From an uncultured bacterium (GTDB taxonomy: Bacteria; Gemmatimonadota; Gemmatimonadetes; Gemmatimonadales; Gemmatimonadaceae): 64,000 nt of DNA. Made by a program: the position numbers and the translations under genes. Below are positions 50,118-59,451 of the stretch, one piece after another. The notes under the pieces are model-generated. The model had not been told where the DNA came from, ran no database searches, and saw only the letters and a program-made list of their open reading frames with translations. The DNA is taken from positions 1-64,000 of the forward strand of contig CAXBQP010000006.1 of NCBI GenBank assembly GCA_963978095.1, written 5' to 3'. Numbering within the stretch: the first letter of the stretch is position 1; each line of letters starts with the position of its first letter.

Positions 50118-51799
50118 TCTGCTATAATGGCCGGATCGTTGATGGAGTTCCGACGATTCCCGCCACCGATGAGCAGCCCGACGGCCACGACGGTGACCGC
50201 GCCGATCACGTTGTACCAGAGAAACGCGACATCCGGCGCCCAATGATTGACGCTGGCGACCGCACCCATTCCCAAGATGAGCCCCACGAACGCACCATTC
50301 GCGCCCGCGCGCGGAAGCATGGCCAGGATGAACACGCCCAGGATGGATCCGTAAAAGAACGAGCCGTAGCGATTCACGACTTCGATCAGTGAACCGAGGG
50401 TGGCCGCGAAAGTGGCGACGATACAGGCGAAGACCCCCCAGACCCCGGTCGCGGCCCGCGACACCTTTAGATAGTGCGCGTCATCGGCGTCCGGCGCGAC
50501 CCAGCGCCGATACAGATCGATCACCGTGGTGCTGGAGAGGGAGGCGAGTTCGCCCGAGACCGCCGACATGGCGGCGGCGATCACCGCGGCGATGAACAAC
50601 CCGGCGAGGCCGACCGGCAACTCGGACAAGACGAAGTGCGGGATGATATAGTTGACGTCCTTGGAGGGCTGCCCCGTGACAGCCTCCGCCTCCTTCAGCG
50701 CTTCGCCCCGCACCGCGACCAGCGCCTTGTCGCTGAGGGCAAATACGCGGCGGTTCTCTTCGGTCGCCGCCGGCGTGGCGACCGCGCGCGCGGCGAGTTG
50801 CCGCGCGTCGAACGCCGCGCGATAGCGGGCGTCGAGCGCCGCGTACGCCGCCGGATCCGCAGCCCGCACGGCACGGGCATGCGCGGGATTGTAGTACATC
50901 GGTGGCGCCACGAAGATGTAGAACACGAACACCAAGACGCCGACCAGCAGGATCAGGGCCTGCAACGGGATCTTCCAATACGCGCTGATCAAATGCGAGC
51001 TGCGCGCTTCATCCACGGACTTCGCCGTGAGATAGCGCTGGACTTGGCTCTGATCCGTCCCGAAATACGAGAGCATCAGGAACGTACCGCCGATGATGCC
51101 GCTCCAGAACGTGTACGTCTCGTGCCACGTGAAGGAGAAGTCGAACACCCGCAGGCGTCCCGCTGCACCGGCAATATGCAGTGCCGCATCCGGGCTCACG
51201 GGAATCCGGATCAGGAGCACGACGACCACGGCCACCAGCGCGCCCACCACCAGCACCATCTGCTTCACATCCGTCCACGCCACCGCCTGGACGCCGCCGA
51301 TCATGGTGTAGACGACCGTCGGAACCCCGATCAGGGCGACGGACCACCCGACGGGCCACCCGAAGATCGCCGAGAAGACGACCGCGGGTGCGGCGATGAT
51401 CGTCCCGCAGCTCAGCCCGCGCGACACGAGGAACAGGACGCTCGTGAGCGATCGCGTCTTGGCATCGAAGCGGCGCTCCAGAAACTCGTACGCCGTATAC
51501 ACCTTGGCCCGGTGCAGAAAGGGGACGATCGTCACCCCGAGGATCACCAGCGCGATCGGCAGGCCGAAGTAGAACTGCACGAAACGCATGCCGTCGACGG
51601 CGCCTTGCCCGGTAGTACCGATCATCGTGACGGCCGATAGCTGCGTGGCCATCACCGAGAGTCCGACCACCCACCACGGGAGTGCGCGTCCGCCGAGGAA
51701 ATAGCCTTCCAGCTGGGTGGTGCCGCGCGAGCGACGGATCCCGTCGATGGACACGTACAACAGCCAGGCGATGACGACGGCCCAGTTGATCCAATGCAT
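50114..51799 (-). CDS. Sodium:solute symporter (SSS)
   Basis: YFLGGR, ATQLSA, AYEFLERRF, WTDVKQ, GTDQSQVQRYL. Confidence 0.93.
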   Translation of the reverse strand: MHWINWAVVIAWLLYVSIDGIRRSRGTTQLEGYFLGGRALPWWVVGLSVMATQLSAVTMIGTTGQGAVDGMRFVQFYFGLPIALVILGVTIVPFLHRAKVYTAYEFLERRFDAKTRSLTSVLFLVSRGLSCGTIIAAPAVVFSAIFGWPVGWSVALIGVPTVVYTMIGGVQAVAWTDVKQMVLVVGALVAVVVVLLIRIPVSPDAALHIAGAAGRLRVFDFSFTWHETYTFWSGIIGGTFLMLSYFGTDQSQVQRYLTAKSVDEARSSHLISAYWKIPLQALILLVGVLVFVFYIFVAPPMYYNPAHARAVRAADPAAYAALDARYRAAFDARQLAARAVATPAATEENRRVFALSDKALVAVRGEALKEAEAVTGQPSKDVNYIIPHFVLSELPVGLAGLFIAAVIAAAMSAVSGELASLSSTTVIDLYRRWVAPDADDAHYLKVSRAATGVWGVFACIVATFAATLGSLIEVVNRYGSFFYGSILGVFILAMLPRAGANGAFVGLILGMGAVASVNHWAPDVAFLWYNVIGAVTVVAVGLLIGGGNRRNSINDPAIIAE

Positions 51800-51806
51800 G
51801 GCGTCC

Positions 51807-51929
51807 TCAGCGGGCGTAGCGGGACTGGAGCAGCCAGAGGAGCAGCCAGACAATCAGCTCCGCGCCCAGGACGCGCAACAGCAGGACGCGGAACGGCGGA
51901 TGCGTACCCGGCGTGCGACCCTCACTCAC
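51807..51929 (-). CDS. Small single-TM protein (40 aa) preceding the SSS symporter
   Basis: GTGA overlap with the PIG-L stop; VLLLRVLGAELIVWLLLWLL hydrophobic helix. Confidence 0.65.
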   Translation of the reverse strand: MSEGRTPGTHPPFRVLLLRVLGAELIVWLLLWLLQSRYAR

Positions 51930-54589
51930 GGTTGCACCTTCTTGAGCGGCGGTTCGGTGCCGGCCGAGAGCATGTTGACAAACAGGCGCGGACCGCCGGC
52001 CACCCCACCGGGAATCTGCCGGAAGAGCGACAAGGTGGTATAGACGAACATCCCTTTCCCGACCGGGGCGACCAACAGCGCCCCGCGCTGGTCGGTCTCC
52101 CCCGCGTCGTGCATTTCCAGCAGCGGCTGCCATTTCGCGTCGATCGTGCTGGGCATGTACAGGGCGCGCTCCTGCACCCAATCGTTCCAGTCGGCGTCGC
52201 CGATGACGTTGGGCCACGTCAGCAGTTTGTGTTTCGGAGTGAGCACGGTGACCTTGGCATCCTCTTCGGTCACGCGCGCCGCTGGCCCCGTCGGGGCCAA
52301 CGCGATCGGATACGGCAGCACGCCCGGGGTCGCCATTTCCGTCTGGCCGTACTGCACGACCACCGTTCCCCCCTTCCGCGCGAAATCGATGACGCGCGCG
52401 CTGTTGGCGATCAACTCCTTGTTAGCCTGGTACGCGCGCGGGCCGATGACCAGTGTGCTGAACCGTGAGAGATTGAGCACCGCCAGCTCGGACGGCTTGA
52501 CCACCGCCACCGGGATGTCGAACATCTGCAGGAATGGCGCGACGGCATCACCAACGCCTTGCACGTACGCCACGCTGAGCGTCGCCGGCACGGTCATGTC
52601 GACGGCTTGCACCCACATCGCCGGGGCTCGATACAGCCGTACCGGACGAATGTGCGGGTATTCCACGCTGGTCAGACCGAGATCGTTACGGCCGGTCTCG
52701 GATTCCGCGACCACCCCCAGCTCCTGTCGGCCCGCCTTCATCGAGCCGCGGAGCCGCAGGAAGAGTTGGCGGCGCTCATTCGGTGCGAGTGTGACCGAGG
52801 CCGGAAGCGAATCGAGGCGCAGGCCCGGAGGAACGACCGTCCGGAAGGTGAACGTCTTGGGTGAATCCGCATACGACTGCAGTGTGAGCGTCAGCGTCTG
52901 TTCGGTCGGTTTGCCACTCACGACGTACTGCAGATTGCGGTCGAACGCGAGGGTGACGGGCGGTACGCCGCCCACGGGACGATCCTGCTGTCCCAGGACC
53001 GCATCCGCGAACTTGTAGATGATCGTCCCTGCATGGTACGTGACCGTGTGTCCCGCGATCTGCATCGTGACCACGACGTTCGACTCGCGCCGCAGATCTT
53101 CGGCGATGGCGACGCCTGGCACCATGTCGGTGGACGGTCCTGTCGAGACGCGGGCGATGCCGTCAGCCGGCGAGCGGCGGGGCGCGAACATGTCATCGAC
53201 TTTCCCGCCGAGCCACCAGGGCCGTGTGTCCACCAGGCCGATCACGCTTCCGGTGAGCCGCACCGCGCTGTCGGGGAGGATCTCCCGCGCGTCCATGGTC
53301 GTCGGGCGTCGTCCGGTGAGACGCACCTCCGTCAGCACGACCTTCGCGGCACCACGATTGTACACGGTGAGCGAGACGGGCATGGAGTCCCCGAACGCGA
53401 GAAGCTCCTTGGGCGCCACCGTCTCCACCGCGAGTCCGGCGGCGTTCACCGCGGCCTCGCTGAGGCGTCGCGCGAGGATCGTCAACGCGGCATCGAGGTC
53501 GAGCTGTGCGCTCGAGCAGCCGAGCACGGGGGCTGGTCCTGCGCCCGCTCCCCCCGTGCTCCGGCGCGGGAACCCGCAACGGGGCGTGGCATCGCGCGTG
53601 GACTGCGCCGCTTCCGCGGCGCGCGACAGCAACGGCACAAGGTCATTCGGACGACGGAGGTCGAGCGCGCGGCGCGCCGAGTCGAGCGCCGGCTGAATGG
53701 CACGCAGCACGGCGAGCCGCGCGAACGTCGTATCCACGCCATCGAAGATCGAACGTTCCTGCTCAGCGGGGGTCGCGGCGTTCACGCGGGTGGACTCGCG
53801 ACGCAGTCCGGCCATCACCATCCCCTTGGGTTGCTGCACGCCGCCGAAGCCCTGCGAACGATGCTGCGCGCGACTCTCGGCCGCGATCTCGGCGTAACTG
53901 CGTCCCAACACCGGGTCGAATTCCCCGACGTTGATTTGCATCGTCGGTGACAGGCGATTGAACCCCGTGGTCCGATAGAACTTCGCGGGCTCCCATGGCT
54001 GTCCGTAGGTTGCCGCCGGGAAGCGGATGGTATCACCCGCCGCCTCGAATCCTTCCTTGGCGAGGATGCCGGCCACCGTGTGATGTCCGTGCCCATCCGC
54101 CGCAGTGCCGCTCCACACGGAGATGACGACCTGTGGACGGAAGGCACGGATCACGGTCACGACGTCGCCCAGCAGCGAATCGTGCGGCCAATGCTTGAAG
54201 GTTTCCGTGGAACTCTTGGAAAATCCGAAATCGAAGGCCCGGGTGAAATACTGATGCCCGCCATCGACGCGGCGCGCCGCCAGCAACTCCTCCGTGCGAA
54301 TGGCGCCGAGGGCTTCGCCCAGTTCGTTGCCGATCAAGTTCTGCCCGCCGTCGCCGCGCGTCAGCGACAGGTAGGCGGTTTCGACCCCGCGCCCACGCGT
54401 GAGCCAAGCGATCACGCGCGTGTCCTCATCGTCGGGATGCGCGGCGATCATCAGCACGCGCCCCGTCACCGGGAGCGCGCGCACGAGCTGGTCGACCGCC
54501 GCCGCGCCGCGTTCCTGACCGCGCGCGACACCCGTCACTCCGACGAGCACGAACCATGCCGCGACGGTGCGGCGGACGTATCGCTTCAC
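51926..54589 (-). CDS. Secreted PIG-L/LmbE family deacetylase, multidomain
   Basis: Signal peptide, AHPDDED, LTRGDGGQN, RTEELLAAR, HGHH; beta-rich middle; GATase-like C-terminus. Confidence 0.88.
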   Translation of the reverse strand: MKRYVRRTVAAWFVLVGVTGVARGQERGAAAVDQLVRALPVTGRVLMIAAHPDDEDTRVIAWLTRGRGVETAYLSLTRGDGGQNLIGNELGEALGAIRTEELLAARRVDGGHQYFTRAFDFGFSKSSTETFKHWPHDSLLGDVVTVIRAFRPQVVISVWSGTAADGHGHHTVAGILAKEGFEAAGDTIRFPAATYGQPWEPAKFYRTTGFNRLSPTMQINVGEFDPVLGRSYAEIAAESRAQHRSQGFGGVQQPKGMVMAGLRRESTRVNAATPAEQERSIFDGVDTTFARLAVLRAIQPALDSARRALDLRRPNDLVPLLSRAAEAAQSTRDATPRCGFPRRSTGGAGAGPAPVLGCSSAQLDLDAALTILARRLSEAAVNAAGLAVETVAPKELLAFGDSMPVSLTVYNRGAAKVVLTEVRLTGRRPTTMDAREILPDSAVRLTGSVIGLVDTRPWWLGGKVDDMFAPRRSPADGIARVSTGPSTDMVPGVAIAEDLRRESNVVVTMQIAGHTVTYHAGTIIYKFADAVLGQQDRPVGGVPPVTLAFDRNLQYVVSGKPTEQTLTLTLQSYADSPKTFTFRTVVPPGLRLDSLPASVTLAPNERRQLFLRLRGSMKAGRQELGVVAESETGRNDLGLTSVEYPHIRPVRLYRAPAMWVQAVDMTVPATLSVAYVQGVGDAVAPFLQMFDIPVAVVKPSELAVLNLSRFSTLVIGPRAYQANKELIANSARVIDFARKGGTVVVQYGQTEMATPGVLPYPIALAPTGPAARVTEEDAKVTVLTPKHKLLTWPNVIGDADWNDWVQERALYMPSTIDAKWQPLLEMHDAGETDQRGALLVAPVGKGMFVYTTLSLFRQIPGGVAGGPRLFVNMLSAGTEPPLKKVQP

Positions 54590-54622
54590 GGGCCCTCCCC
54601 CTTCAGCTGACGGTCTCACGCG

Positions 54623-57385
54623 CTAGAGCGCGCGCATCACTCCGGTCGTGCGCCGCGAGCCCGCGGGACGCGTCGTCGGTCCCGTCGCCTCGGCCACGAT
54701 GCGCGCCTGCTCCTCAGCATGGGCCTGCGGATAGCCTTCGGCAGGGCTCGCCCGCTCGGGGCGACCCACATACCGGATCACCACCGCATTGCCCGCGGAC
54801 CCCCGCAGACGTGGCGCCACATAGCTCCAGGCGCCCATGTTCTTCGGCTCTTCCTGCGCCCAGACCAGCTCGGTCGCCTTCGGATAGCGATCGAGCACCG
54901 CCGACAACGCGGAGTGCGGCCAGGGGTAGAGCTCTTCCAGACGCACGATGGCGATGTCGTCCGCCACCGGCTTGGCCACGAGATCGTAGTACACCTTGCC
55001 GGTACAGAACACGACGCGCTTCACATCGGCGGCGATCGTTGCACCGCGCGGATCGTCGATCACCGGCTGGAAACCGCCCGACGCGAGATCGCTGATCTGG
55101 CTGGCCGCCTGCGCCAAACGGAGCAGGGACTTGGGCTGCATGAGGACGAGCGGACGCCGTTCGGTGAGCGACGCCTGCCAGCGCAGGATGTGGAAGTACT
55201 GCGCCGGCGTGGACGGATACGCCACCCGCATGTTGCCTTCCGCGCACAACTGCAGAAAGCGTTCGAGACGCGCGCTGCTGTGCTCGGGGCCCTGCCCTTC
55301 ATAGCCGTGCGGCAGCAGCAGCACCAGTCCGGAGTCCTGCCCCCACTTGGCACGATCCGCGGACAGGAACTGATCGATGATCGGCTGCGCGACATTCGCG
55401 AAATCGCCGAACTGTCCCTCCCACAACACAAGCGTATCGGCGGAGGCGGTACTGTAGCCGTACTCGAAGCCCATCACCGCCATCTCGGAGAGCGCGGAGT
55501 TGTAGATCTCGAAGGCCGTGGTCACACCGTCGAGATGGCGCATCGGGACATACGTCGCATCGTTGGTGACGTCGTGCAGGACGACGTGACGATGCGAGAA
55601 GGTGCCGCGCTCGACGTCCTGGCCGGTCAGTCGGATCGACTTCCCGTCGCCCAGAATCGACGCGAAGGCGAGCGCCTCGGCGTGCCCCCAGTCGATTCCG
55701 CCGGCATCGCCCATGGACTCGCGGCGGCGTTCGAGCTGCTTCGCCAAGCGCGGATGGGGCGTGAAGCTCGCGGGCCACCGCAGGAGTTGCTCGTTGAGCC
55801 CATGCAACGCCGCGACCGGCACCGCCGTCACCGGCGGTGTCGGCGAGGGCTCCGCCCCCCGGAAGTCGGTCACATGCGCCGCCGCCGCGGGCGGTGCCGA
55901 CTTGACCTGCTCATAGCGCGTCTGCAGCGCGGCGGCCACGGCGTGATCGACCGCATCGACATCGCTGGCCGAGACCACCCCTTCCTTCACGAGACGCGCG
56001 CCCCACACCTGCCGTGGCGTCGGATGCGCCTTGATCCTCTCGTACAGCAGCGGTTGCGTGTAGGTGGGCTCGTCGCCCTCGTTGTGCCCGTGGCGGCGGT
56101 ACCCGACCAGATCCACCAGGAAGTCACGGCCGAACGCCGTGCGGTACGCCACGGCGATCCGCATGGCGATCACGCACGCCTCGGCGTCGTCCGCATTCAC
56201 GTGGATGATCGGCATCTCGAATCCCTTCGCCAAGTCACTGGCAAAGCGCGTCGAGCGCGAGTCGGACGGGTTCGTGGTGAACCCGACCTGATTGTTCACG
56301 ATGATGTGCAGCGTGCCGCCGACGTCCGTCGCGCGCAGATGCGCCAAGTTGAAGGTCTCGGCCACGATCCCTTCGCCCGGGAACGCCGCGTCGCCATGAA
56401 TGCAGATCGGCACCACCGATTGTTCGTCGCGACGACGTGGATCGTCGGGCAGGCGCTGATGTGCCCGCGCGTAGCCCTGCAGCACGGGGTTCACGATTTC
56501 GAGATGACTCGGATTCGGCACGAGCGACATCCGGACCGTGCGGCCGGAGCTCGTCACCCGTTCGCTCTCGAACCCGAGGTGGTACTTCACGTCGCCCGTG
56601 CTCGAATCGTGCAGATGGTCGTGACGACCCGAGAACTCGGCGAAGATCTGTTCCACCGGCTTCCCCATGACGCGCACCAGCACGTTGATGCGGCCGCGGT
56701 GCGCCATGGAAATCGCGACGTGGCGAGCCCCGGCCGCCGCGGATTCCTCGACCACCGTGTCGAGCATCGGCACGAGGGCATCGGTGCCTTCGAGCGAGAA
56801 CCGCTTGTAGCCGACGAAGGCCCGTCCCAGAAAACGCTCGAGCCCGTCGACCTCGGTCAGCCGCTCCAGCAACTGACGCTTCTCGGCAGCCTCCAGCGGA
56901 CGCGTGAGCTGCTCCGCCGTGAACAGTGCGCGGAACCATTGCCGTTCCTCTTCCGTGCGGCAGTGCACGAACTCGACGGCGAGATTGCGGGTGTAGCGAA
57001 ATTTCAGGCGGTCGGCCACGTCGCGGGCGGTCGCCATATGCGGGAAGCCCAGCGCCGCACCGGTGACGCGGTCCAGATCGGCGTCGGTGATGCCATAGAA
57101 CTCGGGGGTCATTTCCAACGCCCCCGGGGGCGGCGACCCGAGCGGATCGAGTTGCACCGCCAGATAGCCGTAGCGGCGGATGGCGTTCACATAGCGCGAC
57201 GCCCCCACTGCACGCCGCTCCGCGTCCGGATCACCCGCGCCGGGAACGGACCCGCCCCCGAACTGCTGGGCGAACGTGAAGAACTGACGCCACGAGGCGT
57301 CAACGGAGTTCGGGTCGCGACGCCACGCTTCGAACTGCTCGGCGATATAGGCGTCGTTGAAGACGGACGCGACGGGCTCTGGCAT
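54623..57385 (-). CDS. sucA: 2-oxoglutarate dehydrogenase E1
   Basis: KRFSLEG, MAHRGR, GDVKYHLG, NPSHLE, HGDAAF, GHNEGD, PHGYEGQGPEHSS. Confidence 0.96.
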   Translation of the reverse strand: MPEPVASVFNDAYIAEQFEAWRRDPNSVDASWRQFFTFAQQFGGGSVPGAGDPDAERRAVGASRYVNAIRRYGYLAVQLDPLGSPPPGALEMTPEFYGITDADLDRVTGAALGFPHMATARDVADRLKFRYTRNLAVEFVHCRTEEERQWFRALFTAEQLTRPLEAAEKRQLLERLTEVDGLERFLGRAFVGYKRFSLEGTDALVPMLDTVVEESAAAGARHVAISMAHRGRINVLVRVMGKPVEQIFAEFSGRHDHLHDSSTGDVKYHLGFESERVTSSGRTVRMSLVPNPSHLEIVNPVLQGYARAHQRLPDDPRRRDEQSVVPICIHGDAAFPGEGIVAETFNLAHLRATDVGGTLHIIVNNQVGFTTNPSDSRSTRFASDLAKGFEMPIIHVNADDAEACVIAMRIAVAYRTAFGRDFLVDLVGYRRHGHNEGDEPTYTQPLLYERIKAHPTPRQVWGARLVKEGVVSASDVDAVDHAVAAALQTRYEQVKSAPPAAAAHVTDFRGAEPSPTPPVTAVPVAALHGLNEQLLRWPASFTPHPRLAKQLERRRESMGDAGGIDWGHAEALAFASILGDGKSIRLTGQDVERGTFSHRHVVLHDVTNDATYVPMRHLDGVTTAFEIYNSALSEMAVMGFEYGYSTASADTLVLWEGQFGDFANVAQPIIDQFLSADRAKWGQDSGLVLLLPHGYEGQGPEHSSARLERFLQLCAEGNMRVAYPSTPAQYFHILRWQASLTERRPLVLMQPKSLLRLAQAASQISDLASGGFQPVIDDPRGATIAADVKRVVFCTGKVYYDLVAKPVADDIAIVRLEELYPWPHSALSAVLDRYPKATELVWAQEEPKNMGAWSYVAPRLRGSAGNAVVIRYVGRPERASPAEGYPQAHAEEQARIVAEATGPTTRPAGSRRTTGVMRAL

Positions 57386-57441
57386 GCGGGAAATCTAACC
57401 AGCGACCATGGTGACGGCAGTCGACCGGTCGTGCGGTGGCG

Positions 57442-59451
57442 CTAACGGTTTGCGACGATCAAATCGTGCAGTTCCGAAGCGCTGCCCGGTCGATCGGCCG
57501 GATGCTTGGACAGGATCCGGAGGATCAGATCGGAGAGCGCGACCGGTACCTCCGGATTGAGGTCCGCGGGCGCGACCGGCGTCTCTTCCAGCACCCGCGC
57601 GATCAACGCGATCGGGCTGTCCGCCGTGAAGGGCACGGCCCCGGTCAGGCAGTGGTACATCACGCTGGCCACTGAGTAGAGGTCGGCCCGGGCATCGCCG
57701 GCATCGCCCATCAGTAGCTCAGGGGCCAGATACGCCGACGGGATCGCGGCCACCGGACGGCGCATCGACGTCCCCCCGCTCGGCGTGGGGATCGGACGCG
57801 TGATCCCGAAATCGGCGACCTTCAATACGCCGTCGACCGCGATCAGCAGGTGCTCCGGCCGCAGGTCTCGATGCAGCACGCCCTGTGCGTGTGCCGCCGC
57901 GAGCGCGCGGCACAGTTGTAGTCCGAGCGAGACGGTGACCGGCACCGGGAGTGGCGCCCCACGCCGCAGCACCGCCGCGAGCGAGGTTCCCGCCACATAC
58001 TCGCGCGTGAGGTAATAGCGACCCTCATGTTCCCCGAAGTCGTCGGTCCGTACGACGTTGCGATGCACGATCCCGCGCGCCAGCCGGATCTCGCGCTTGA
58101 AATTCTCGAGAGCCCCGGGCCCCTCGCTGACGAACGCGCGGCTCAGCAACTTCACGGCGATCACGGCACGGCGCTCGCGGTCCACGGCTTTGACGACCGT
58201 ACCGCTCGCACCAGCGCCGAGCCACGCGCGCACCTCATACCGCCCCGCAATCCGGCTGCCGACAGGGACGCCGCCGGTCTCGAGCGGTCCACGCGACCCG
58301 TCGGCGGACACGGGGGACTCCTCCCTCCCCCGCATGAACTCGACGAGCGTCTGCTGTTCGGCGAGGCCCGCCAGCAGGGAGCGGAAGACGGTGACGAGCG
58401 CATGCACCTCCCCGGCCCCCGATCCGGCGACACCGGTCGCGACATCGCCCTCGGCGGCGCGTTCCGCAGCGTCGACCAACGCACGCACGGTGCGCGTGTA
58501 CGGACGAGCGATCACCAGCGCGAGCAGGAGTGCGAGCACGAGCCCGGCACCGCCGGCGACGAGCAGGAGCTGCCGAAGACGACCGAGGGCTGCGAGTTCC
58601 TGGTCGCGGTTTCGCAACACGACGAATCCGCCCACTTGCGCCCCGGTCGCCGATCGCAACGCCTCGCTGAGCGCCACGAAATGCGCGCCCCCGACGGTCG
58701 CGTCGGTACGGATCGGCGTTTCGCGCAGGAGCGAGTCCGGAAGGCTCGGATCGAGGTCAGGGGCTGTGGGGAGCGCGCCGACCAGCGCGTGCACCTCCCG
58801 TCCCGCGCCGATTGTCGACGCCGTCAGCACGGCGCGGCCGTCCGCGGTCCGCGCGAATAGCACGACGTCGACCGCCCCTCCGGCCGCCGCCTTGAGCGAA
58901 TCCGCATACGACGCATCCACCGGTCGCACGGCCATCAACGCGCCGACCACCGCATTGGCACCGATGACCGGAAGCGCGATGACGCGGATCAGCGTGTCGC
59001 CCGTCACCCCGTACGCACCGAGCGTGGTACCCGCGAGCGCCTGGCTGATCATGCGATCGCCGGCCAGGTTCGCGGAGTCCGCCGCCGGGTCGTTGCTCTT
59101 CACGAGCCGCGTACCCGCGGTATCCACCACCTGCACCCACGCGGCGTCGATCACGTCGCTGGCCACGGTCACCTGGTCCGCGAGGTCGCCGCGTTTCTTG
59201 CTCCCGAATGCGGCGCGCAGGGCCGGATTGCCGACGGCGAGGTTCGCGCGCTCCCGCATCGCGCGGTCCTGCCCGGCGAGGACCGTGCGGACTTGTGCGC
59301 GGGCGGCCTTCACCGCCGTGGTGACGGTCACATCGGCGGCGCGCACGGCCTCGGCGTTGGCGACATAGAACGTGCCGCCGAGGACCGCGGCGAGAGCGAT
59401 CGCGATGGCAACGAAGAGGCGTGTCCCCAGCGACAGTCCGCGAGTTTTCAT
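57442..59451 (-). CDS. Membrane sensor Ser/Thr kinase-like protein (TM-Cache-like-TM-HAMP-kinase)
   Basis: Two TMs; GAGASG, AVK, HRDLRPEH, DFG, YLAPE, DLYS. Confidence 0.85.
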   Translation of the reverse strand: MKTRGLSLGTRLFVAIAIALAAVLGGTFYVANAEAVRAADVTVTTAVKAARAQVRTVLAGQDRAMRERANLAVGNPALRAAFGSKKRGDLADQVTVASDVIDAAWVQVVDTAGTRLVKSNDPAADSANLAGDRMISQALAGTTLGAYGVTGDTLIRVIALPVIGANAVVGALMAVRPVDASYADSLKAAAGGAVDVVLFARTADGRAVLTASTIGAGREVHALVGALPTAPDLDPSLPDSLLRETPIRTDATVGGAHFVALSEALRSATGAQVGGFVVLRNRDQELAALGRLRQLLLVAGGAGLVLALLLALVIARPYTRTVRALVDAAERAAEGDVATGVAGSGAGEVHALVTVFRSLLAGLAEQQTLVEFMRGREESPVSADGSRGPLETGGVPVGSRIAGRYEVRAWLGAGASGTVVKAVDRERRAVIAVKLLSRAFVSEGPGALENFKREIRLARGIVHRNVVRTDDFGEHEGRYYLTREYVAGTSLAAVLRRGAPLPVPVTVSLGLQLCRALAAAHAQGVLHRDLRPEHLLIAVDGVLKVADFGITRPIPTPSGGTSMRRPVAAIPSAYLAPELLMGDAGDARADLYSVASVMYHCLTGAVPFTADSPIALIARVLEETPVAPADLNPEVPVALSDLILRILSKHPADRPGSASELHDLIVANR

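Noticed and set aside
54719..57445. Long antisense ORFs (908 aa here; also 1242..2792, 18537..20507, 25338..27341, 27119..28726)
   Set aside because: Shadow ORFs of high-GC codon usage opposite well-supported genes, with no motifs.
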